A DNA stretch of 64,000 nt from Patellaria atrata CBS 101060 (GCA_010093705.1 MU006091.1:1-64000); one strand, 5' to 3'. Shown: positions 1 to 9,929, numbered from the stretch's first letter. The notes: generated from the letters alone by a model not told the origin. Numbers and translations: made by a program.

Positions 1-1876
1 CCCTCGAGCTCGTCTCCATCACTTGCACAGACAGCTCTTCGGCCTCCTTCCACCGTCCCGCAAGGCTTGTTGCTAGCCCTACCATCCCCATACTGCTTAA
101 TGTGTCCTTATGCTCTCTACCAAGCAGTTTTGTCCTAACCTCCATTGACCTCATCGATAGTTTCTCAGCATCGCTCAGACTTCCTTTTTGCCACGCATAC
201 CACGCTGCCCTGTACAACAATAGAGCCCACTGTCTAAGGCATTCCTCAGACTTGGGCGGCTGTGACAGCGCCGACTTAACATGTGGAAAGAGCGCTTGAC
301 ATTTGGCCCAGTTCTTATGTTCCCCTGTCGGAAATTCTATGCAAAGATTGTTGATGTACTGCTGCTTCCACGTCTCTAGTTGGCCCTGCCCTTCCAACCA
401 CTTCCGCGTGGCCAGCTGCACAAGCCTATGCATGTCAAATGTGATTGCATCAGTGGTAAGTGCGATAAACGAGTAGTTCCTCAAAGTAAGAATGTCCTCT
501 TCGAACCCGTCGTCGATGCTGGCTTCCGACTTGCTATCGTCGCTATTACTATTTTCGCCGTCTACGTTAATAGCTCCTACGTCCCCGTGTCCATTTCCCG
601 GCCCACTTTGAGTGCGAATAAGCGCTTCGGGAATCCCCTGCCGGTCAAAGAAACTCATTAAGGATAATAGATTTGCCGCCGACCGCCTTGTATAGAGTAT
701 AAAGTCGAAGGAGATTTGCCATGTTAGAAGAATCGAGTTCTTAGCTTCGTGGTCTCTTCGAAGATGACCTCCCTCGTAGTCTAATAAGCTTGTCTTTTTC
801 CTGTCGCTCTTATGGAACTGGTCTAGATACTGCCGTGTTGAACATCTTGGCGCTCGTTGTCGGATATACGCAGCCGCCTGCACAAGAGCGAGTGGTATGA
901 ATTCGAGCGCTGTCGCTAACTCGGTTATACCGTCGTTATCTATTCCCTCCCCTAGTTTTTTTCGTAGAAGAGTTTGCGCGCCTATATCATTCATCGGCTC
1001 GATAGTTATGATATCGGCGTCCTCCACTACTTCCCGCGCCGCTTTCCTTGTCCAACTAGTGACTAAAACCGCACCGTTCTTGCTCTGGGGTAAATAGGAT
1101 GAGAGGTGCCGTTGACGAGCGCGATCTCTGCCGCTAGCCTGTGTCTTATGGTCATTTCTCGCTTGTAGAGAGAGAAAAACGGCATCGTCGACATTATCGA
1201 GGACCAGCAGCCACTTGCCGCTCTTCTCGCTGCGAAGCCAGTTATAGACAAGCTCGAATATATCTGCTCGTGGGTCTTTCCGACCAGCCAGCTTGACTTG
1301 GTCCGCGATGGCCCGGTAGCCTTGCTCGACGCGGGCCGCATTGCTGGCGTGCACCCAGAATACCCACGTCTCCGGCGATCGATCTGCGGTTCGATAGCAG
1401 TGCTCGATAGCAAGTTGCGACTTCCTATGCCTGCGTTAGGTGCGCGCACTGGGCCGAGTGTTTTCTCCACTTACCCCACGCCGCCAAAGCCGACTAACGC
1501 TATACGAGATGCCGGCGTGGAGCATTTCTTGTATATCTCATCGAGTAGCGTGCCACGATCGACGAAGTCTGGGTCACGGCGAAAGGGGACGTTGCAGGAA
1601 GGGCTCGACGGGGTCTCCGGTCTCTCTGTTAAAGCGGCGGGATGTTAGTAACCTTTCCCTAGAACATAGAGTTACTAGCAACGACTCACCATAATGGATA
1701 TTATAGGTTTCTGTCACGGAGCCTGACTGAAACTTAGCATGAAAAACATATCGCTGCAAATAAGACATACCGATCAACTGTGCATTGCCCGAGATATAAC
1801 CGGCTACAGCGCCACTGTTGCCAGAGATAGGGCCAAACTCGACGCCCATCGGGATTGCTGTCACGTTGCTGGCCAT
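1..1876 (-). CDS. Fungal NLR (short N-terminal motif + NB-ARC + TPR repeats), 3' end beyond window start
   Basis: Spliced model: ATG 1876; introns 1770-1723, 1689-1626 and 1474-1425, all GT..AG with CTAAC/CTAAG branch sites. Product MASNVTAIPMGVEFGPISGNSGAVAGYISGNAQLIGSVTETYNIHYERPETPSSPSCNVPFRRDPDFVDR.. has Walker A GFGGVGKSQLA, Walker B WLLVLDNVDD, IPLALVQAAAYI, FDMHRLVQ and a first TPR (LGREHKDTLSSMGMVG..GRWKEAEEL). Exon 4 appears open to base 1. Confidence 0.92.
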
Positions 1877-2404
1877 TACTGCCGCAGAGGGTTATACATA
1901 CAAGAACCAAACACTATGCTAGCATGTTCAGGCAAGTAAAAAAAACACAGGGTACTTTGAATAAGTCGGCTTAAACATCGTATGACTGCGCTCGAGTGCG
2001 TGGGTAAATTTCCTTATAAGCCCTTCACCGGTCAACCTCTCCTGGCTTAACATCCCACAGCCTTTCTCCGGATTAAGCCCCTACAGGTTCAGCTGTATTT
2101 CAACGTCGTTCTTTGGCTTAAACGAGTGGATATATGCACTCGCGCGGACAATAGGTGCGACGGGGTTGGACAAGCCCCGCACCAAAAAGCTGGTGGTGAA
2201 TCAGAGATGCCGACCTTACACCATAATTTTGTATTTCTATGACTGCGAACGTTCCTGTATCAGCGTGTTAGGTGTGCATGATCAAGAGTATATAACAGGC
2301 CACAGCCGTTCCATCAGCGAGGCTCGTCCATAAACATCGGTTCGGCCTAGTCAAAGTGAGAAATATAAACAATCGCAGTCACCATCTCTCCTGCTTGTTC
2401 TAAC
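1877..2404. promoter_or_regulatory. Probable bidirectional promoter between the NLR and the SesB-like gene
   Basis: 528 bp between divergent ATGs. TATA-like elements near 1892, 2289 and 2364. Clustered GGCTTAA motifs in both orientations. Confidence 0.55.
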
Positions 2405-3659
2405 ATGGCCGAAAGCGTAGGATTTGGGGTACCTCTACACAACCCAAATGATGCCAAGGTCGAGTACGTCTATCCTAGAGTAGCAGCCCATGTCCATTTA
2501 ACTTCTTATTCGGTCTTGCTAACCAAAAGTCAGTATCATATTTGTCCACGGTCTGGGCGGCCATAGGATCAACACGTGGACATTAGATCCGACGAAGAAA
2601 TTCCCAGTAAAGACGTTTTGGCCGGGAGATCTCCTCCCTAAGGCTTGCCCGACGGCCCGGATCCTATCATTTGGCTACGATTCCCGCTTCGTCAAATTCT
2701 TCCCCTTCTCCAAACCGAATTTAGCTCGAGAGGGAACGATCGACGAGTATTCGACCGCCCTCTACCAAAACCTCGCTAGCTTCCGCGAATCAACGAAAAC
2801 GCCCGTAGATCGTCCCATTATCTACGTAGCGCATAGCCTCGGCGGCCTTGTTGTCGCAAATGCAGTATCGCGCCCGCCGGGCGTCAATGAAACGGCGCAG
2901 AAACTCACAGAGAATACCATAGGCATGATCTTCTTGGGTACGCCATTTGCAGGTTCTGACAAGGCATCGTGGGGTGAAATGGCGGCAAAATTTGTAACAT
3001 TGTTTGGCATCCAGACCAAGGACACCGATATCAAAGATCTCAAGGAGCGGTCAGCAAGGTTAATCGACATAAACCTAGACTTTGACACGTTCATCAAAGC
3101 GCGCGACCGTGATCGCAAACACGGGCCCGTGGAAATTGTCTGTTACTACGAAGCAGAACCGACGTATGTTGGGCTCAAGGATATCGGAAAGATTGTAAAT
3201 AAGGAATCGGCCGCGCGGCTTCCAGCCATTGCTGCACTTTCTATCCCGGACAATCACACCGACATGTGCAAGTTTGCCGGCGAATTTTCAAGCGGGTATG
3301 CTAGTGTATCAGGCCAGTTGGAGCAATGGATCACGGCGCTGGATAAGAGGGGAAACGAAGACGAAGAGGATAGGGTGTGCCCTACTTGGTAACTGATTAT
3401 TAGAGGTTAAGCTAACGTTGTGCAACAGGGCTCGACGAGAGTGAGAATTGATGGCATAATGAACAACAAAGGCGTGGTGACAGGGGTTATAAATTCTCTC
3501 CCTGGAGGGACGACCAGCGTCACGGGCTCAGCAGACACGGTAACGTACCCGATTTATATCTTTGAGGCTCGTCGACAGTGCTGATACTCCGTGCAGACAT
3601 ATAACTTTGGTCAACTTCCCGATGAAATGATTGTAAAACTGATGGGAAATATGAAGTAA
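2405..3659 (+). CDS. SesB-like alpha/beta hydrolase (lipase fold) with C-terminal candidate amyloid motif
   Basis: ATG 2405; introns 2464-2533, 3375-3428 and 3540-3596; TAA 3657-3659. Motifs DIIFVHGLGG, FWPGDLLP..ARILSFGYDS, nucleophile elbow VAHSLGG, IFLGTPFAGS and NHTDMCKF. C-terminal tail GSTRVRIDGIMNNKGVVTGVINSLPGGTTSVTGSADTTYNFGQLPDEMIVKLMGNMK. Confidence 0.88.
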
Positions 3660-3760
3660 TGTTGGTGGGTCTGATTAGGGAAGATCTTGTATTCAGCTCT
3701 ACACAATCTTTTCTACTTACCACATGAAGACAAGGGGGCAAGTTTTGAGCAGTCGAGGGG

Positions 3761-5300
3761 TTTTTTTTATTGGGTTTATTAAAAGCGGTAGCCCAATATT
3801 CCCCTTAAATCCGAGGCGGGACAGTTAAACATCTCACCCGAACATCCCATTCACTTGTATGACAGGAGATATTGTAACAATGAGCCGTGAGATAAAAATC
3901 CCCACCTTAGGGTGGTGGGCGTTAAAGTCGCCGAGGAGGAGGGCTTCCCATCCCTGTTCCACGTCTTTGAGGGCTTCTTCGATCTTTGGGCAGGTTTGTA
4001 TACTATTAGCTGAAGGCCCCGGATTGTATACGTTGATTATTCGGAGTTTCGTTCCCTGGAGTTTCAAGTCTAGGGCGGTTATATATGGGCCGTACTGGGT
4101 GCGTTTTGCCTGCGCTAAGGCCGCTTCTCTACTTATTATGAAGCATACTCTCGTTTCTTCATTTACTTCGTACTCTAGTATGTAGTTCTTTGGGCAGTAT
4201 GCCGATTTTGTATGCTTGTTGTACCCCGGCTCCTGGACTGCGACTACGCTATTCTTCGTCGGGTCTAAAGATTCGAAAAAGGATCTGGATCCGTTTCAGT
4301 TGGAGTGGCCGCAATTGTACTGTGTTATTGTTGTGATATTCATAGGGCGGCATCGTCTTGGGTAAATTCCTCGCTGGTGTCTGTTGGCTGCATGCTGATC
4401 GGTGTGTTCGGCTGGGATCCGAATACTAGTATCTCGCTTTCCCCTAGGGATATAGGCGGTGCGGTTGCGTTTAGATTAAGCGCTAGCTGCGATGGGCCGG
4501 ATACTACTTTATAGGTCTTTGGAGGTTTCCCTAGGCCTCTTCTTACTTCCATGTCGTTTAATCCGCTCCCCGCCGTCCTCTTCCTTGGGTTTCTAAGCAG
4601 TATCTGGGATGGAGTAAGGGGGATGAGTTGGGTCGTCCTTTGGGTGCCGAGCGCTCCTAGGGCTTTCCCCCTTCGGATGATGTATGTTTGTTCTGAGAGT
4701 GCGAGTCGCTTGCTCTTAACCTTTTCTAGATGTTGTTAGAATACTTTACATTCGCTGCGCTGCCATGCCTTGTGCCTTTTCCCGCAGTTTGCATATACAA
4801 TCTGTGTTTGGGGGCATGAGTCCGTCTAATGCTGCTAGACACAGTGTCCGCATTGGTCCTGCTTCTTGCATGCGGTTTGGGTGTGGCTCCATTGATAGCA
4901 CTTAAAGCATTATTTCACCCTTACGGCGTTCTTATAGAGGCGCGTGTCGAATAGTTCTAAGTTAATCACGATACCCTATTGGAGTGCTCTGTGCTGGAGC
5001 TCTTGGCTAAGAAAGTTAATAATGAGGGTTCCCCTTTTCTTTTCCCTTACTAGGCCGTCCGGTGCGGTGCTCTTTCGTGCCGGCTGCTTCTCTATGTCGT
5101 ACAACCGCCTAATCTTTGTAATATTCAGGCCGGGTAGGATCCTTTTAGAGCCGTTGCAAATCTTCTGTATGATCTCCGTGTTTTCTGCCCCTTTCCCATT
5201 CGATACTGGGACCGTGAGGGGGACGCTGGGTACATCGATCTGGTAGGCAGTTTGAACTATCTTGCAGCCCTCCCTAGCGGGTCCTCTCATGATCCTATCT
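3761..5300 (-). mobile_element. Degenerate, internally deleted Tad1/I-like non-LTR retrotransposon (LINE)
   Basis: ORF1 zinc knuckles (CFKCYQWSHTQTAC..CGHC..) at ~4760-4915. ORF2 endonuclease start (QYNCGHSN..VAVQEPG..IINVYNPG..LLGDFNAHHP) at ~3905-4330. About 150 bp of 3' region ends in AATAAA and a poly(A) run (T run 3761-3768). Several in-frame stops; no RT domain. The 5' boundary is approximate. Confidence 0.8.
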
Positions 5301-5405
5301 TTTATGCTTTGCGAGGTGACGAACGAGGGCGTATCACTGATGTGTACACGCCGCAGCAAATTGATTAACGTTATGATTCCGAGTTCCCCTTTAGCTTCTA
5401 TAACC

Positions 5406-5838
5406 TTATACACCACGTGCTAGCACAAAATAGTCCCAGTATTCGTAAAAGTCATAACGGTTAACAAGTAGCGGGAGGTACTTAGTCTCCCATTCCGACC
5501 CAATTTTCGAAGTCCAGCGGGCCTTGCAGTACTCCCAATAATCCAGATACCATCCAGATTGATGCTAATCTATGATTGAGATGATCTGAGGGTCCGGATC
5601 ATGGGATATGAGAATGTTGCTCGGATGCAAGTCAGCATGCGTAAATACGATTGGAATTCCATCAGGTAAAAAGGAGCGGTATGGATGGGGTGATCGTTCT
5701 ACTCTAACATGAGCATACGGGACATAAGCAGTAGAAAGCCAGTCGTGAAATTCGGACGTGCTTTTGAAGGGGCCTGCCGATGGAGAACAACTGCTCGTAA
5801 AGATGACGTCTAATAGCGGCTGCCGACCCACATGTCCT
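5406..5838 (-). pseudogene. Aminoglycoside-phosphotransferase/choline-kinase-like (APH) pseudogene, 3' fragment
   Basis: GPFKSTSEFHDWL..IVFTHADLHPSNILIS..IISIID*HQSGWYLDYWEYCKA. The conserved IDW Trp is TAG at 5565-5567. No 5' exons recognised. Confidence 0.75.
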
Positions 5839-6190
5839 ACGTATTGCGTTAGAAAGCGAGATATAGAGTGTATAGGTGATTCATAATAGGTTAAGTCCGA
5901 TATAAAAGGGAAATAGCTGACGAATAGGTCTAAGTAACCGTGTTCCTACCAATAAGAGGTTGTGAGGAGTGCTGTTTGAGTGAGCGCCATGCGCTACTGT
6001 GACTTTCGAAACATCGTGAACTCTTGGCTACACCACAATCATCGCACACAACACCCCCGCCAGAACCATCGAATTTTTATGTTTCTTGATGTAGCTTTAC
6101 AACCAGATTACTGTTAAACTTGAATATTATATCGCTTTGACTGTCTAGCGCAGCTTTCTATGGTGTTGTTCTTTTTTTTTTCACTTATAG

Positions 6191-7246
6191 CTGGTTGTTG
6201 TTGATGCTTCGGTCGCAGTAAAGATTGGTCGGAGGCTTCCAGAGAGCGTAATTCAGCGTATCAAGGCGCGATTTGACGACAACCAGCCCGTTCCGGCCAT
6301 TGCTCTAGCGCTCAATATATCCAAAACAACTATCTACAAATTGAAGTTGAATTTTGATATTTTTGGAGCGCCGTATGCTCCGGCATCTGTGAAAAATGGC
6401 CGCCCAAGGTCCCTTACAGAGCATCGAGAGCCAGTACATAGACTCAGATCTTGTTCCCTACAGTTGACTTATTAGCAGAGACTTTTAGAGTATCTAGATG
6501 ATCAGCCTACAGCGCTTCTTGATGAGATGCAAGTATTCCTTTTCGACGAGTTTGACGTGTTTATCTCAACATCTAGTGTCTATCGAGCGCTACAGAGGGC
6601 TCGTTGGTCTCGAAAAGCAGTAAGAAATCGAGCGTCTGAGAGAAGTCAGCCACTCGGTACAGCTTGGGTTGGAAGATCGAATACCTAGACTACTGAGCAG
6701 TTGGTGTTTCTTGATGAGTCAGCGGCTAATGAGCGTACTGGAGATAGAAAATACGGCTGGTCACCTATCGGAGTAGAATGCGAAATTACTCGCCCTATTA
6801 AGCGATCGGAGAGATGGTCTATCTTACCAGCTTTAACTGTTAACGAATATTTAGAGTATAAGATCTTCCAAGGTAGCTTTACAAGCGAGTTATTCCTCGA
6901 GTTCGTGGCCGACGGAGTGCTTCCATTTTGCTCAGCATACCCAGGCCCACGATCGATTTTGATACTCGATAACGCCTCTATCCACCGATCCGCAGCACTA
7001 CGAGAGCTTTGCGCCCGTTATGGTGTTTTAATTGAGTATCTACCGCCTTATTCGCCAGATTTTAACCCAATTGAGGCGACTTTTCATGACTTAAAGGCAT
7101 GGATTAGGAGGAATCGTAGCCTAATAAGAGAATTCACGGACTTTGAGATGTTTCTTCGCTTTGGAGCTGAGCAAGTTGATAGCCATAACCACGCTCGAAA
7201 GCATTTTAGAAAGGCTGGATATATTGTAGATAACGTAGAAGAGTAA
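6191..7246 (+). pseudogene. Tc1/IS630-family (DDE_3) transposase with premature stop
   Basis: HTH-like N-part (IALALNISKTTIYK..GRPRSLT), then FLDES, ILDNASIH and LPPYSPDFNPIE with 34 residues between the second D and the E. In-frame TAG at 6686-6688. Start codon unresolved; probable intron ~6433-6475. Confidence 0.85.
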
Positions 7247-7268
7247 AGAGAATATCTATCTATTATCT

Positions 7269-8155
7269 TTAGCGCTTAAAGTCAGATATCTTCGCTCTTA
7301 TTCGCACAAGTAACCCTATTTTAAAACCATATTCCTCCCAAATTATTTGGGAGATTCCCTCATCTGGCTTCCCCAGTTTTAACGAATCTAAGCTCCACTG
7401 CTCTTCCACCATCTTAACCTTCGTCTCTTCTAATATATTCACCTGTTGCTGTGTATTAAAACCAGGTTGTAGCTTCAACCACTCAAAGAACTCTGCGAGC
7501 AACTCAACTGGATCTGTGTCTGAACTTATAGGGCTCGAATTGGGAGGAGGGGCGGGGGACAGTTGGGTCTTTTGGGGAGGGAAGAGAGGTACTGGAGGTG
7601 GTGCTTCAGGTGGTGCCATCTGTCGAATTTGAGATACTAACAACACCTGTAGTAGCTGGTTGATCTGACTAGAGGCCCCCGAATCAACAGACGCCTGGGA
7701 AGCTACTGTAGGCGTTGCTGAAGCCTCAGTTTGTTGACGTTTCCGACCAAGGGCTTCTTTCCAAGTAACCATCTGAACTATGATATTCTGCGACAGCACC
7801 TCGACTGATGCAAAACCCTTCTTTATCTCACTATTCCAGCGCCTTAGTATCTCTGCACTACACGGATAGTGGTTGACGACAATGTCAGCAGCAGTTATAG
7901 ATTGCTTATTTTGCCAACAGACATGGCCTTTATTCTTGCAATGGGAGTTTTCGCAAATCCAGCGGTCCGTTATAACGTGAACAAAATTGCCAAACCCATC
8001 AGTTCCTCTAGATCAGGGCCGCTTTCAACTTCAGAAGTCTGAGTATCAGACGCTCTCATCTTCTCGTAGGTAGCTGTCGCCTCAAGCTTGAGAACATGCC
8101 ATTCTCGTGGGTAGGTCTTTTCAACTACTCGCCTTTGTAATCGGTCTAACTCCAT
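7269..8155 (-). pseudogene. Transposon-associated ORF2 with Cys/His motif, frameshifted
   Basis: The frame upstream of ORF 7269-7799 reads ITDRWICENSHCKNKGHVCWQ..NHYPCSAEILRRWNSEIKKG. Frame break near 7995. Pro-rich linker and helical C-terminus. Its stop lies 22 bp from the transposase stop. Confidence 0.55.
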
Positions 8156-8456
8156 AATGAAAAATGTCTCTGTATCTCGAATAGAAGTGGTATTGTTGAA
8201 GTATGGGTCCTTTGGTGGATCTGTTAGCTATCTGTCAGCTGTCAGCTACGGAGTAATATGGAGCACTAAAAGTCTATCTTCAAAAGTTATCTGTTTCGTC
8301 CTCAACCGACTTCACTATCTCAACAGATATCTCAACGACTATTAGCTATATTGAGATTTGGATATGTATTCTCTGTAGCTCTTCAGTATATATAGACGTT
8401 TCTTCAGTAGATATATAGAAGTCAAGCGATTATCTTGATTATTTAGCACCCTCACA

Positions 8457-8664
8457 TCTGACAAGACTAGAAGGGCTTGTGCAGCTTGCCACTATTTACA
8501 ATGCGCTAGGTAAGCATGAAGAATGCGATCGCATCGTTGATGAGGCGCTCAATGAGTTCAAGAAGATTAGCGCGACTAAGCATCCAGTTGCGGCAAAGTT
8601 GAGGGAAGATTGGGAGATGTGGATGGTGACGAGGAAAGGGATCGGCTTCGATGGGGGCGAATGA
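8457..8664 (+). pseudogene. 3' remnant of a TPR-repeat (NLR-like) gene
   Basis: HLTRLEGLVQLATIYNALGKHEECDRIVDEAL..KHPVA resembles kinesin-light-chain-type TPR repeats. No 5' part is present. Confidence 0.4.
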
Positions 8665-9221
8665 ATATTTGGTGCTCCATGTGCTGATGGAGAAATAGAC
8701 GTTGAATCGTCAATTCTCATGCTCCTACGCCGGCCGTTTCATCCAACTAAGCCGTCGTCGATAAGGGAGAGATCATTAATGATTTCTTGATCCTCCGGCG
8801 TAAGGGTTTATTTTTCTAGCTAATATATCTAATATCTAGACGTAAACGTTATCTTAGAGCTATTAGAGAGGTTCCTAGAAAGGTAATCGTATATATTTAG
8901 AATATTTAATTTAGGCTGCTCTGTACCTCTAGTAGGTAAGCTGCTAGTATAGGGTAATGAATAAGATATTTCGTTTAGAGGCTCTTCGTGAAGAGTAGTA
9001 GGATGGCGGAGGTTTCTATATGTTTTTGTATCGAGAGTCGTGGTGTAAAAGTACGTATAGGCTGAGAAAGGAAGTCGTGGAGGATACTAATTCTCTATAG
9101 AGAATTCAAGATCCATATACTGGTACGTTAAAAATCGTACGGATCCTCTAGTCTTTCGTTGGGAAAAATTCATAGGGCTTATATTAATGATACATAATTT
9201 TAAATCTCAAAACGAGCTGGC

Positions 9222-9340
9222 ACATACGACCACAGAATAAGGAAAATAGGGCATCCCGTTCGCTCTGCCATACTCAAGCCTTATATCGGCCTACTAGTAC
9301 TCAGGTGGGTGACCACTGGGGAATCCAGGCTGTTGTATGT
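9222..9340 (+). rRNA. 5S rRNA gene (dispersed copy)
   Basis: 119 nt ACATACGACC..CCCGTTCGCTC..CTAGTACTCAGGTGGGTGACCACTGGGGAATCC..TGTTGTATGT. Terminal helix ACATACGAC/GTTGTATGT; followed by T-runs. Confidence 0.93.
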
Positions 9341-9362
9341 CTTCTTTTTTGAATTTTTTTTT
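9341..9362 (+). terminator. Pol III terminator of the 5S gene
   Basis: T6 and T9 runs directly after the 5S 3' end. Confidence 0.75.
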
Positions 9363-9929
9363 GCACTAGGTTGTGGGAAAGGGACGTGCATCCCGTCAGG
9401 AGGGCATGGAATGGAGCTGTGGTGGAGCTTTCTGCGTCTTGGCGGGAAGGAAGCGGTAAGGTTAAACTGAATGAGGGCCCAAGGGTTCTAAAAGGAAGAG
9501 TAAGATGTGTGCATGTGTTCAAATTAGTTTTCGTGATGAATAATGGGAGGGTAATGGTTTAAGGCCAAATTTTATGTATAAGGTGGTTCGTAGAGAAGGC
9601 TTTTACTATTGTATAGAAGCTATAGATCGATAAATAAAAGGGTGATTGAGCATTAACCATAGTTGAACAATATGATAAATGCCCGAATGTATCACTGTGT
9701 CTACAGCCTATGGCCCAAACATGAAGTAAGCCTACTTATGTGTTGATAGGAGAACGAACTTCCCTAGACGAACGCCTAAAGATGCACCATAAGGTATTCG
9801 ATATGAAAGAAGAACGGTACCAAGAACTCCCGAACGCCAGCCCATGCATATGCTTCCCTTACCCATAAATGCAATATGAATTTGTTACTTGTAGATATGC
9901 GAAAGGAAAAACCGTCCAGACACGATTTC

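Larger units (their letters stand above)
5961..8456. mobile_element. Candidate two-ORF Tc1/IS630-like DNA transposon
   Basis: Contains a DD34E transposase (+) and a convergent second ORF (-). Possible short imperfect TIRs TGTGAGGAGTGCT (5961-5973) and AGCACCCTCACA (8445-8456). No TSD recognised, so boundaries are uncertain. Confidence 0.5.

Noticed and set aside
1063..1470. 135-aa minus ORF in the track
   Set aside because: Wrong-frame shadow of NLR exon 4 that starts inside intron 3.
4976..5416. 146-aa ORF as a host gene
   Set aside because: Chimeric reading across the LINE ORF1 fragment and flanking DNA.
8740..9120. TpA-rich decayed ORF-like stretch
   Set aside because: Looks RIP-mutated, but I cannot assign a family from the sequence.
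9222..9340. 5S gene as a Starship insertion boundary
   Set aside because: The gene is intact, and no captain recombinase or direct repeat is visible in the window.
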